Positions 1 to 9,308 of a DNA stretch of 64,000 nt are shown here, piece after piece. The translations under genes and the position numbers were made by a program. Each line of letters begins with the position of its first letter. Positions within the stretch are counted from its first letter, which is position 1. The notes under the pieces were generated by a model that worked only from the letters and a program-made list of their open reading frames with translations, was not told the DNA's origin and ran no database searches. This stretch comes from an uncultured Candidatus Saccharibacteria bacterium. Its GTDB lineage: Bacteria; Patescibacteriota; Doudnabacteria; UBA920. The stretch lies in the NCBI GenBank assembly GCA_964474825.1, contig CAYYWQ010000001.1:485609-549608 (forward strand). The letters are read 5' to 3'.

Positions 1-2515
1 TAACTAATGAAGTAGAAGACATGTTCACATTAGCATTCGGAATACAGGCAGCAACGGTTTTGTTGGCATTACAGGAAACTGTCTGCCCACCGTTTTGGCC
101 GCCGCAAGTCCAAGACCAGGGACCAGTGCCGGAAACACTGGAAGAACTACCCGAGTTGCAAAGCTGCGAACCAGACGGAGCGTTGTCAAAGACACCACCG
201 TTAGCCGGACCACACACGCCATTTACGGAAGTAGACACGATCTGCACGCTTTTGGTTACAGCATTCGGCAGGCTACAGAAGTTGGTAAATCCAGTTTTGT
301 TCTGGGCCTGACAAGTATAGCTATAAGAACCGGGTGTAGAAGGCGCGGTACAAGAAAAATTGGCGGCCGTGCCACTATGGCTGGTGAAAACACAACCATT
401 TGGTGCAGGAATAAAATCGTTAGCAGATCCAAAATCACAAGACACATTAAACTGACTGCCAACATTTACGCTTGCAGGAGCAACCATTGTTCCAGAAGTT
501 GGATTTACACAAACAGGTCCAGTTGTTTTGTTAGCACTGCAGGAAGCATTAGAGCCGCCGTTAGAACCGGAGCAAGTCCAGTTCCATGGTCCGCTACCAG
601 AAACAAAAGAGGCATTACCGGTGCCGCACAAAGCAGAACCAGAAGGCGCAGCGTTAAAATTGCCGCCGTTAGCAGAACCACAAACTCCGTTAATACCCTG
701 TGAACCACAATTTACATTAGGAGCAGCATTGTTCATTTGGTGCAAGACACCGCCACGAAAACCAGAGCTAAAGTCATAAAGAACATAGCGGTAAGTATGA
801 CCTGGGGTTAACCAGTCAATTGGGAAACTGCCAGTGTCTTCACCGAATGTAGCAATTGTGCTTTCAAAAGAATTGTCGGTAATATCTTTTGCAGTTAATT
901 CAATTCTGGAAACATTGGATTTTTTGGTATACGAAACAGTACCACCAGTTTGACCGTTAGGCAAACAAACGTTGGTGTAAGAAATGGTAATATTGTTGTT
1001 GCCAGTAGCAGGATTGCCGCCGCAGTTTACAGTAGGAGCAGTATTATTCATTTGATGAAGCACGCCACCGCGGAAACCGCTGCTGAAATCATATAAGACG
1101 TAGCGATAATTATGACCCGGAGTTAACCAGTCAATGGGGAAACTACCGCTGTCTTCACCAAAAGTAGCAATAGTGCTTTCAAAGGTACCATCTGTAATAT
1201 CTTTAGCTGTCAGTTCAATTCTGGAGACGTTGGATTTCTTTGTATAAGAAACAGTACCGCCTGTTTGACCATTGGCCAAACAAACGTTATTGTAAGAAAT
1301 TGTAATATTGTTGTTGCCCGTGGAAGGATTGCCGCCGCAGTTAACTGTAGGAGCCGTGTCATTTTTTTGAGTTAACACGCTACCACGAAAACCGGAGCTA
1401 TAATCGTAAAGAACATAGCGGTAAGTATGGCCCGGGGTTAACCAGTCAATTGGAAAATCTCCGTGGTTTTCACCAAAGGTTGCAATGGTGCTTTCGAAAG
1501 TACCATCGGTAATATCTTTAGCGGTTAATTCAATCCTGGAAACATTAGATTTTTTATCATAAGAAACAGTGCCGCCAGTCTGACCATTGGCCAAACAAAC
1601 GTTATTGTAGGAAATGGTGATATTATTTTCACCGGTGGAAGGATTGCCACCACAGCTTAAATTACCGGTTGCAATGCTGGCGGTTTTATCGGCAATACCA
1701 TCACCGCGCAAAGTAAATAAATAAGTTTTATTCGGCTCCATCCAGTCAACAGTTTTTGTAGCAGACTCTTCGGCAGCCATTAAAGTTTCGCCGGCATTGT
1801 CAGCGCTAACATAAACACGAACATTGTTTACATTTTCAGTGGACCAAGAAACGGTACCATTAAGTAAACACTGCCCAGCTACCTGACCACCTAATTGAGC
1901 AGAAATGTTAGAAGTAGGATTAGCAGGAGTCACAGGACCAACAACTCTAACAACAATGTCACTGTTGGTTACGGCAAAGTTAAAGCAGGGCTGCATGTCG
2001 CCAAGTGATTGGTATAAGCTGCCGCTAACTAATTCTAAATGAGCGCCTTCGGGAGTTGTAATAGTAAAAGATCCGCTTTTACTATCTTCATTACCACTTA
2101 TCGTGGCATTTATAGTATGGAAAGAACCCGCACCTTGATCCAAGCTTACTGAATAGCTGGCGTTATGCATAACCAAACCTGAGTTGCTGGCAGCACTGTT
2201 ATGAGCATATATTCTCAAGCGAATTTCGTCTCCAACATTGGCCTGTACAGAATTCTGATAGTTAGCCTGGGTGGTCACACCACCTGAAATAACAGGAAAA
2301 TCTTTACAGTTGGAACCAGCCTGGTTTAAATCAACGTCATAGCGGTTAAATACCGCATGATCAGTATTAATGACAGGACAACCTCCGTCATCCGCCAAAA
2401 CTTTAGTAAGTTCACGGGGAGAGGCGGCTAAAACCACGCTAAAAGCCACAATGATGACCATTGAGGCAATGACACTAGATTTGAAGTACTTGCTGGAGAA
2501 AATCTTGTTGGGCAT
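1..2515 (-). CDS. Large secreted cell-surface protein, partial (C-terminus lies beyond position 1). It has an N-terminal signal/TM, then Cys-rich ~50-aa modules and at least three 105-aa tandem repeat domains.
   Basis: ATG at 2515..2513 on the minus strand gives MPNKIFSSKYFKSSVIASMVIIVAFSVVLAAS (signal/TM). The frame stays open to the window edge, and the ORF track only lists complete ORFs. The repeated peptide ...PIDWLTPGHTYRYVLYD... is in frame at plus positions 815, 1130 and 1445. All short ORFs called in 1..780 are in other frames. Confidence 0.6.
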   Translation of the reverse strand, partial: MPNKIFSSKYFKSSVIASMVIIVAFSVVLAASPRELTKVLADDGGCPVINTDHAVFNRYDVDLNQAGSNCKDFPVISGGVTTQANYQNSVQANVGDEIRLRIYAHNSAASNSGLVMHNASYSVSLDQGAGSFHTINATISGNEDSKSGSFTITTPEGAHLELVSGSLYQSLGDMQPCFNFAVTNSDIVVRVVGPVTPANPTSNISAQLGGQVAGQCLLNGTVSWSTENVNNVRVYVSADNAGETLMAAEESATKTVDWMEPNKTYLFTLRGDGIADKTASIATGNLSCGGNPSTGENNITISYNNVCLANGQTGGTVSYDKKSNVSRIELTAKDITDGTFESTIATFGENHGDFPIDWLTPGHTYRYVLYDYSSGFRGSVLTQKNDTAPTVNCGGNPSTGNNNITISYNNVCLANGQTGGTVSYTKKSNVSRIELTAKDITDGTFESTIATFGEDSGSFPIDWLTPGHNYRYVLYDFSSGFRGGVLHQMNNTAPTVNCGGNPATGNNNITISYTNVCLPNGQTGGTVSYTKKSNVSRIELTAKDITDNSFESTIATFGEDTGSFPIDWLTPGHTYRYVLYDFSSGFRGGVLHQMNNAAPNVNCGSQGINGVCGSANGGNFNAAPSGSALCGTGNASFVSGSGPWNWTCSGSNGGSNASCSANKTTGPVCVNPTSGTMVAPASVNVGSQFNVSCDFGSANDFIPAPNGCVFTSHSGTAANFSCTAPSTPGSYSYTCQAQNKTGFTNFCSLPNAVTKSVQIVSTSVNGVCGPANGGVFDNAPSGSQLCNSGSSSSVSGTGPWSWTCGGQNGGQTVSCNANKTVAACIPNANVNMSSTSLV
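705..1667 (-). repeat. Three near-identical 315-bp tandem repeats (105 aa each) inside the surface-protein CDS. A more divergent fourth copy follows around 1670..1980. Boundaries are approximate.
   Basis: The anchors accagtcaat at 811-820, 1126-1135 and 1441-1450 are spaced exactly 315 bp apart. Flanking DNA is about 85-90% identical by eye. Confidence 0.75.
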
Positions 2516-2556
2516 AAAGTTGCTCTTAATAAATACTAATAAATAATTAACTCGTT

Positions 2557-2585
2557 ATTGTACCCTTTTTTTATGGTTTTGTCAA
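2557..2585 (-). promoter_or_regulatory. Sigma70-like promoter for the surface-protein gene (TTGACA-17-TACAAT)
   Basis: On the minus strand: TTGACA (plus 2580-2585), a 17-nt spacer, then TACAAT (plus 2557-2562). This sits about 40 nt upstream of the ATG at 2515. Confidence 0.5.
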
Positions 2586-2725
2586 CACTTTAATCAAATA
2601 TCCCCCTGAAATAAAACAACTTTTATTTGATTATCCTAATCTAAGCCTTTATTAATATATTATATACTATAACGTTTCAGATAAAATTAGTAGCAATGTC
2701 AACCAATTAAAGACAGCGGCTGAAT

Positions 2726-4093
2726 TTACTGATTTTCCGTCTGGGTAAGCTGCCCATAAACCACTAAACGATATTTTGTACTGCCAACCGGCCAGCAGGT
2801 GGAAAGAGCAACAACAGATTCCCCGCCGTTTTTAAACTGGGCCTGGTCGCCAGGGCTGTATTGCTGGCGGCCCACCACAACATAATGTAAAACGTGGGTT
2901 TTGCCGTCAGTAGTTGTGACTGTAATGCTAAACGAAGTATTGTCGGCCAAGTCATTTAAGTGCGTAAAAACATGGTTATAGCTTCCTTTGGCCCAGGAAT
3001 AATTACTACTGTGGCCGGAAATGTAAGTGGTGCCTAGTTGTCCTGGCATGGCCGTGCCAGGGTAATGAATAACACCGCTTTGTAAGTCCCTGTCAAAATC
3101 TTTAGGGTCCTGACTCCAAACTAAAGGAGCGTCAATTTTTAAAGACGGGACTTGGAGGCGTCCGGGAATATTTGTGTTTATATTTAAATCGGAATTAGTC
3201 GGCTGTGTTACTGCGGGCTGGGAATTTGGAATAGTTGGCCTTTGGGATCCAACTGCAGAATTCTGCGCAGCCTGGGCAATTCTTGGCGTCAAACCAAACC
3301 CTTGGTAATTAGTCTCAGCTCCGGCAACCTGACCGTTTGTCTGTAAATGCGCAAGGGTCTGCCGGTTGGATATAACTTCAAAATCAAAATATTTGGCAAT
3401 TATATCATTTTGGGCCTGAGTCAGTTTGCTGCCTGTTAAAGGGTTGATTCCGGCCTGCAGCGCGTCGCTGTCAGACATACCTAAGCCTATGGTATCGTAA
3501 GATTTTGGGTTTAAGTTAAGCAGGTATTTTTGAAAATTGGAAAGCCCATTACCGGAGTTGTCCGCGTCCGGGTCTGTTACTCTGGCGTCAGAAACGTCAT
3601 AATAAAACTCAGCAATCCACTTTTGGTAGCCAGGAAGGTTTTGCTGCTCGAGCTGGGCTAAAGAGTTTTCTTTTGGGGTTTGGGCTTGGGTCTGGCTTTT
3701 AAAAATACCGCTAAAATTTAAATCCAGGCTACTGCCGCTAAAAAAATAAAAGTAAATAAATAAGGCAACGGAAAAAACTAAGACGTAAGGCGTTACGGCT
3801 TTAAAAATTGAGAAGACTTTGTTCCCACCCGCAGCAGGAGCTGATTCCCCTAAAGTATGCTCAATAGGATGGGCCGATAAGTGCGGAGTCTTGCTTTCGT
3901 GAGTTTCCACAGGTTCTTTCACATACAAATTCCCCACAACTTTAGCAAAACCTTCGGCATGAGCTGGATCACTATTACCAACAACCGGAGTCGGATGATG
4001 GGCCGTTCCGTTCAAACCAAACATTTTAGCCACTTCATCAGAGGCCTGGGGATATTTTTTCGAAGTATCAATTTTAGAAGTATTATCTGTCAT
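2726..4093 (-). CDS. srt: Sortase (transpeptidase) with a long N-terminal low-complexity region and a TM anchor
   Basis: The C-terminal domain has the sortase His motif (YISGHSS), the catalytic Cys motif (VVALSTCWP, i.e. TLxTC-like) and the conserved Arg (KYRLVVYG). It lies directly upstream of the surface-protein gene on the same strand. Confidence 0.7.
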   Translation of the reverse strand: MTDNTSKIDTSKKYPQASDEVAKMFGLNGTAHHPTPVVGNSDPAHAEGFAKVVGNLYVKEPVETHESKTPHLSAHPIEHTLGESAPAAGGNKVFSIFKAVTPYVLVFSVALFIYFYFFSGSSLDLNFSGIFKSQTQAQTPKENSLAQLEQQNLPGYQKWIAEFYYDVSDARVTDPDADNSGNGLSNFQKYLLNLNPKSYDTIGLGMSDSDALQAGINPLTGSKLTQAQNDIIAKYFDFEVISNRQTLAHLQTNGQVAGAETNYQGFGLTPRIAQAAQNSAVGSQRPTIPNSQPAVTQPTNSDLNINTNIPGRLQVPSLKIDAPLVWSQDPKDFDRDLQSGVIHYPGTAMPGQLGTTYISGHSSNYSWAKGSYNHVFTHLNDLADNTSFSITVTTTDGKTHVLHYVVVGRQQYSPGDQAQFKNGGESVVALSTCWPVGSTKYRLVVYGQLTQTENQ

Positions 4094-4199
4094 TGAATAA
4101 AATTCTCTTATTTATGAGCTTTTGGCTGTTTTATTGGGTTTTGACTCTATATATTATCATATTTGGCAATATTTGTCAAGTCCAGGCTTTTAATGTAAA

Positions 4200-5249
4200 A
4201 TGTCTATAGTTATGGAAAATCTCCCAGACAACTCAAAAAACAGCACAGAAATCCTGCACAAAATTTTACCACTGCTCCTGGTTGCTTTCATTGTCATTAG
4301 AATAATTTTTGCGCTACTGACTCCCCGCCCGGCAGCCTTAGCCAGCGACCTTACCGTGGAAAATATCTTACAAGCCATTAACCAACAACGCTCCCAGCGC
4401 AACCTTGTTACTTTAAATACCGATACCCGGCTTTCCGGCGCTGGCCAAAGCAAGGCTGACGACATGCAGTCAAGGCATTACTTTGCCCATGTTGACCCCG
4501 AGGGGAATTATGTGTGGCCTAAAATAGTTGCCGCCGGTTACACTCCATATTTACAGCTTGGCGAAAACTTAGCAATTGAATTTTATGACACCGAAAGTTT
4601 AGTCGCGGCCTGGATGAACAGCCCAACTCATAGGGCCAATATTTTGAACGATGGCTTTAAGGACCAGGGAATGGGTTTAAATTTTGGCGATAGCAACGCC
4701 GGCCAATACCACTCCGTTGTGGCAAATACTTTTGGATCGCTGCTTTTAAAAAAAGTTCAAGCGGCTCAGGCAGTGGCCCCCACCCCTTCGCCAACCCAGT
4801 CTTTTGCCCCCACCCCGACCCCGGTTCAAAAACCAAAGCCCAACACCACTCCAAAGACTATTCCAACCCCGACCCCTTCGCCAAAACCTACGGCAACGGA
4901 CGACGAAATCCCTGCCAGCCCGTTAAGCCCGCGCGGCAATTACGCCATGGCCGAACATCCAACGGCGGCGGAACCTTCGTCCTCTCCCCAGCCTCCCTCT
5001 GCCAGCACTAAGGCAGTACCCAAAACCTCGTCACCTGCTGTGATTAATCCGGCCTCTGTTAATGAAACCAAAAATTTTCAGTTTAGTCGCTACTTTACTT
5101 TGGCTTTTGGTATAGTTTTATTTTTATTTTTAATAACCGATTTGCACGGCCTGGAAGAAGGACAGCTGCATTTGGCGAGCAAAAAAGCCAGTAGCCTGGT
5201 TTTACTTTTTATGGCCCTGGTTGTAATTGCAGTAATGTACTGGTTGTAG
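4200..5249 (+). CDS. CAP/SCP/PR-1 (YkwD-like) domain protein with an N-terminal signal anchor, a Pro/Thr-rich linker and C-terminal hydrophobic segments
   Basis: Contains the SCP signature AWMNSPTHRANIL and HYFAHVDP. It also has a long PTP-rich linker and two C-terminal TM segments. Confidence 0.7.
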   Translation: MSIVMENLPDNSKNSTEILHKILPLLLVAFIVIRIIFALLTPRPAALASDLTVENILQAINQQRSQRNLVTLNTDTRLSGAGQSKADDMQSRHYFAHVDPEGNYVWPKIVAAGYTPYLQLGENLAIEFYDTESLVAAWMNSPTHRANILNDGFKDQGMGLNFGDSNAGQYHSVVANTFGSLLLKKVQAAQAVAPTPSPTQSFAPTPTPVQKPKPNTTPKTIPTPTPSPKPTATDDEIPASPLSPRGNYAMAEHPTAAEPSSSPQPPSASTKAVPKTSSPAVINPASVNETKNFQFSRYFTLAFGIVLFLFLITDLHGLEEGQLHLASKKASSLVLLFMALVVIAVMYWL

Positions 5250-5258
5250 TTTAAAAAA

Positions 5259-5289
5259 TCCCCTCTGCCCAGGCGGAGGGGATTTTTTT
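5259..5289. terminator. Bidirectional rho-independent terminator between convergent genes
   Basis: The hairpin tcccctctgcc/ggcggagggga is followed by a T-run and preceded by an A-run. Confidence 0.5.
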
Positions 5290-5290
5290 A

Positions 5291-6253
5291 TTATTGAATC
5301 TGTCCGGTTCTGTAATTGCACCCGTCTAGAATTCTTGCCTTAAAGTTGGTCACGGAGATCACCATAGCTGCAACTAACAAGCTTATTAGCAGCACTTCAA
5401 TAAATGTTTGCTTGGTTAAAGCACGGTCCAAACGGTAATGAAATACTCCCCAAAACAAATTGTAGGCCGCTGTCATAAACACCGCGGCGGTGAAGTAATT
5501 ATAACCCCACAGAACATATACCAAATAGCCAATCACTGCCATCATAATGGCAATTAACGTGGTAATAATAATTGTATAGCCGGTAACGAGTCTGTGTAAA
5601 TAAAGGGATTCGTAAATTAACAAAAAAGAATAACAAAAAACCTCGGCGGTAAAATAATTTGGGTTTAAGCAAATATAGCGCATCATGGAAAGCGCCGCGG
5701 CAAATAAAGCTCCGGCTGCGTAAATTTTTACCACGGCCAAAGCCGTAAAAATATCACCGTCTATAATTTCTTTACGCCTGTAAAATTGCTCTTTTAAAAA
5801 CCAATAATAAACAATTAAAGCCAGGGAAGACAGCGCTGCCACAGTTTGCTGGATTGTAAAAAAACCCTGGTTGTTATAAAACAAAGAAATGGAAGACCAG
5901 AAAATAAAGCCGGGGAGGAGCAAAAAATGCAGCCATTGGCTTATATATTCCCAGCTACGGAGGTGCTCAAACCTATCCCAAAGGGCTGAAGTAATAACCC
6001 TGAAATTCCGGTGCAGGGCAACAGGCAAAGCATGGTGCCTGCGCTTGGCGCGTTGCCAGCTGCCCCGATTCTTAAAGTGCAGGTCGAACAGGAAAACTAT
6101 TTTAAAAATTAAATACAAAAAAATCCAAAACGACACCTGAAAATAAATCCTGTGCTGATTAAGGTTTAAAATATAAATAAGTATTTGGAAACCACCAACA
6201 ACCGTAATGGCAAGCAACGACGTAGATATAATTTTCTGGCTTTTATTCGTCAT
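5291..6253 (-). CDS. Polytopic membrane protein of unknown function
   Basis: Eight or more hydrophobic segments. Its start overlaps the stop of rmlA, so it is probably co-transcribed. Confidence 0.4.
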   Translation of the reverse strand: MTNKSQKIISTSLLAITVVGGFQILIYILNLNQHRIYFQVSFWIFLYLIFKIVFLFDLHFKNRGSWQRAKRRHHALPVALHRNFRVITSALWDRFEHLRSWEYISQWLHFLLLPGFIFWSSISLFYNNQGFFTIQQTVAALSSLALIVYYWFLKEQFYRRKEIIDGDIFTALAVVKIYAAGALFAAALSMMRYICLNPNYFTAEVFCYSFLLIYESLYLHRLVTGYTIIITTLIAIMMAVIGYLVYVLWGYNYFTAAVFMTAAYNLFWGVFHYRLDRALTKQTFIEVLLISLLVAAMVISVTNFKARILDGCNYRTGQIQ

Positions 6254-6965
6254 GATTTTTAGATTTTTTATAAGCTAATTCTGAAGCCTTAAACAAAGAC
6301 TCAAAAGTGCCGGCGTCAATCCACTCCCCCTTTACAATATCTACTTTTAATTCATTTTTTTGCAAATACCAATTATGCAGCTCGGTAATTTCCAGTTCTC
6401 CCCGCCTGGAAGGCTTTGACTGCTTGGCCGCTTCTATAACACGGTTGTCATAAATATACAGGCCGGTAATGGCGTAATTAGACAAATACTCTTTTGGCTT
6501 CTCTTCTATTTTAACCGCGTTCATTTTGTCGTCAAACTTTACCACGCCGAATCTTTCCGGGTCAGCAACTTCTTTGGCAAAAATATGTCCGCCGGATTTA
6601 AAATTTTTAATAACTCCTGAAAAATCGTCCTCAAAAATATTGTCGCCTAAAATCATGCACACATTGTCGCCGTCTATAAAATTTTCGCCAATTATAAATG
6701 CCTGGGCCAGACCCTCTGGCTTTTCCTGGATTTCAAAAGTAAACCTAACACCAAACTCCTCGCCGTTGCCCAAAAGTTTTAAATACTGTCCGCTGTGCTC
6801 CGGGGACACTATAATTAAAATATCTTTTACGCCGGCCTTAATTAAGGTCTGCAGCGGGTACATAATCATAGGCCTGTCGTAAACAGGAAGTAATTGCTTG
6901 CTGGTAACTTTTGTAAGCGGATAAAGCCTACTGCCTACCCCGCCGGAAAGAATAATACCTTTCAT
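6243..6965 (-). CDS. rmlA: Glucose-1-phosphate thymidylyltransferase (short form)
   Basis: The N-terminus GIILSGGVGSRLYPLT...KQLLPVYDRPMI is the classic nucleotidyltransferase motif. Confidence 0.8.
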   Translation of the reverse strand: MKGIILSGGVGSRLYPLTKVTSKQLLPVYDRPMIMYPLQTLIKAGVKDILIIVSPEHSGQYLKLLGNGEEFGVRFTFEIQEKPEGLAQAFIIGENFIDGDNVCMILGDNIFEDDFSGVIKNFKSGGHIFAKEVADPERFGVVKFDDKMNAVKIEEKPKEYLSNYAITGLYIYDNRVIEAAKQSKPSRRGELEITELHNWYLQKNELKVDIVKGEWIDAGTFESLFKASELAYKKSKNHDE

Positions 6966-7828
6966 GAGATGTACGAATTACGGTTTAAGAATTCTAACAA
7001 AGCCTCTTGCCAAGGACGAATTGAAAGTAACTTAGTATTTATTAAAACAGATCTTGCCGGACGCATAGCTTTTCTGGGAAAGTCAGTAGACGGAACTGGG
7101 ACTAAATTTATTTTTTTGCCGACAGTCTTAAAAATTTCTTTGGCTAAGTCGTACCAGCTCGCTGAGCCGGAATTGGTAATGTGATAAATACCAAAAGGGT
7201 TATTTTGTACAGTCAGAAGCTTAACATTCTCGGCCAAATCTTTAACATAGGTTAAGCTGTTAACTTCATTGTTAACTGCTTTAATGGTATCAGTTTTGCG
7301 GCTTAAATCAAGCATTAAGTCCACAAAACTTTTCTTGCTCATTTCGCTCTGGCCCTTAAGACCAAATAATACTGCTGTGCGGATAATGTAGTATTTTTGG
7401 CAATGTTTGATTATTTCCTGCTCCCCTTGGTGCTTTGATTTAGCGTAGACCGATAAAGGGCTTGGCTCATCTTCTTCTTTGTACTCACCCTGCTGGCCGT
7501 CAAACACATAATTAGTGGAAAAATGAATGAGGCTAATATTTAAATCATTGCAAATACTAGCTAAATTTTTTGGCACTTCCGCGTTGAGCTTAAAAGCAGT
7601 TCCCGCATTCTCCTCCGCGCCATCAACATCATTATACGCAACGCAATTTATAATAATTTCTGGTCTTAAACTTTCCACTTTCAACTTTAAACTTTCAACT
7701 TGAGCGACGTCTACGTCGCTCCTGTCCCAACCAACAGTCTCATTACCAAAAACCCTCATCAGTTCAGCACCAAGCATTCCTTTGCTTCCCAAAATTAAAA
7801 CTTTTTTCATTTTTTTAGCTTCTGCCAC
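6962..7828 (-). CDS. rmlD: dTDP-4-dehydrorhamnose reductase
   Basis: Rossmann N-terminus KVLILGSKGMLG. It is of RmlD size and sits between rmlB and rmlA with overlapping stops and starts. Confidence 0.75.
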   Translation of the reverse strand: MAEAKKMKKVLILGSKGMLGAELMRVFGNETVGWDRSDVDVAQVESLKLKVESLRPEIIINCVAYNDVDGAEENAGTAFKLNAEVPKNLASICNDLNISLIHFSTNYVFDGQQGEYKEEDEPSPLSVYAKSKHQGEQEIIKHCQKYYIIRTAVLFGLKGQSEMSKKSFVDLMLDLSRKTDTIKAVNNEVNSLTYVKDLAENVKLLTVQNNPFGIYHITNSGSASWYDLAKEIFKTVGKKINLVPVPSTDFPRKAMRPARSVLINTKLLSIRPWQEALLEFLNRNSYIS

Positions 7829-8772
7829 CAGTCAGGGTTGGCCTTATACCAGTTTATTGTTTGCCGCAATGCTTCTTCCAAAAAATATTTTGGCTTCCAG
7901 CCAAGTTCTTTCGTGATTTTGCTATGATCCAGGGCGTATTTTTGGTCGTGGCCGGGACGGTCTTCTACGTACTCTATATTTTCGTCCCCGAGCTTCATTA
8001 AGACCAAAAGTTTTCTTATAACGTCGGCATTACTAAATTCCGGGTTGTCGGGGCCTATAAAATAAGTTTCGCCCACTTTTCCTTTTTGCAAAATCGCCTC
8101 AATGCCGCTGCAGTGGTCTTCCACGTAAAGCCATTCGCGCACTTGGTTGCCCGGTTTATAAATTGGCACTTTTTTGCCTTGCAGTAAATTAGTAATGGCC
8201 AAGGGGATTAATTTTTCCGGAAACATAAAAGGCCCAATATTGTTAGCGCAGTTGCTAATTGTTACCGGAAGGTTGTAAGTATGGTAGTAAGCGCGAACTA
8301 AATGGTCGGAAGCGGCTTTACTTGCCGAATATGGGCTGCGGGGATTATAGGGAGAATTTTCAGTCCACTTTTCTTTACTTCCCAAAGGAATATGACCAAA
8401 GACTTCGTCAGTAGAAACGTGATGGAATCTTTTTACTCCTTTTTTCAGGGATGATTTTAAGAGCTGGTGCGTACCCAAAACATTCGTCCTTACAAATTCG
8501 TCAGGCTCTGTTATGGAACGGTCAACATGTGTCTCTGCCGCAAAATGCACGACAGTATCAACTCCCTCCATGGATTTTTCTACAACTGCTTCGTCGCAAA
8601 TATCGCCCTGAATAAAAGTTATTTTTTCTTTTACGATCTCTAAATTTTCCAAATTTCCGGCATAGGTAAGTTTATCCAAAACGACAATCTCGTCGTCCGG
8701 ATGGTTTTTTACCCAATAATGCACAAAGTTAGAACCAATAAATCCAGCTCCGCCGGTAATTAAAATTTTCAT
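7807..8772 (-). CDS. rmlB: dTDP-glucose 4,6-dehydratase
   Basis: MKILITGGAGFIGSNFVHY, a YxxxK SDR motif, and typical RmlB length. Confidence 0.85.
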   Translation of the reverse strand: MKILITGGAGFIGSNFVHYWVKNHPDDEIVVLDKLTYAGNLENLEIVKEKITFIQGDICDEAVVEKSMEGVDTVVHFAAETHVDRSITEPDEFVRTNVLGTHQLLKSSLKKGVKRFHHVSTDEVFGHIPLGSKEKWTENSPYNPRSPYSASKAASDHLVRAYYHTYNLPVTISNCANNIGPFMFPEKLIPLAITNLLQGKKVPIYKPGNQVREWLYVEDHCSGIEAILQKGKVGETYFIGPDNPEFSNADVIRKLLVLMKLGDENIEYVEDRPGHDQKYALDHSKITKELGWKPKYFLEEALRQTINWYKANPDWWQKLKK

Positions 8773-9305
8773 AATGATTTTTTAAATTTTAATTGGAAAA
8801 GAAGCAATGAAACCAAAGTCCATCCGGAAGTAATCTCTCCCGTTAGAACCATTTTTTTAACTTGGGCCAAAGTAAATTTCTTGACTATCAAATCTTTTTC
8901 TGTAGATTCCAGTTTTGATTCGCCAAAATGCAAATCCTGAGCCAAAAATATATTTCCCACACCTGTACTGCTGCTTGGGCCAGGGTTAAATTCCCCTAAA
9001 AATTTCCATTTTTTTGCTGAAATACCGGTTTCTTCTTTTAATTCCTTTTTGGCTTGAAATAATAGGTTGCTATTCTCCGCCCCGCCCGCCGGGAATTCCC
9101 AAGAGGCTTTGCCAATAGCATACCTAAACTGTTTAACCATATAAATATTTTTTCCGTCAAAAGGCACTACCATGACTCCGGTCCTGGGCTTTATATAAGA
9201 ATACTTCCTTTGTTTACCATCGGGTCCCAATACCTTGTCTTCAAAAACAATAAAATAAGGGGAACTGTAAATTTTTTTACCGCTAATTTTTTTCCAGGTC
9301 TTCAT
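8769..9305 (-). CDS. NUDIX hydrolase
   Basis: Nudix box: PAGGAENSNLLFQAKKELKEETG. Confidence 0.7.
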   Translation of the reverse strand: MKTWKKISGKKIYSSPYFIVFEDKVLGPDGKQRKYSYIKPRTGVMVVPFDGKNIYMVKQFRYAIGKASWEFPAGGAENSNLLFQAKKELKEETGISAKKWKFLGEFNPGPSSSTGVGNIFLAQDLHFGESKLESTEKDLIVKKFTLAQVKKMVLTGEITSGWTLVSLLLFQLKFKKSL

Positions 9306-9308
9306 AAA

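Noticed and set aside
21-779. Six short ORFs (60-202 aa) called on both strands at the left edge
   Set aside because: They all lie in other frames inside the long minus-strand surface-protein CDS, which runs off the window and so is missing from the ORF track. Their translations are low-complexity and derived from the repeats.
7660-7700. Short A/T-rich direct repeats (ctttcaacttt x2), and similar taatcctaaatcttt x2 at 51823-51852 and aatctttt runs at 45800-45840
   Set aside because: These are low-complexity AT-rich intergenic or coding repeats of two copies each, with no further structure. They are probably promoter or terminator spacing or slippage sequence.
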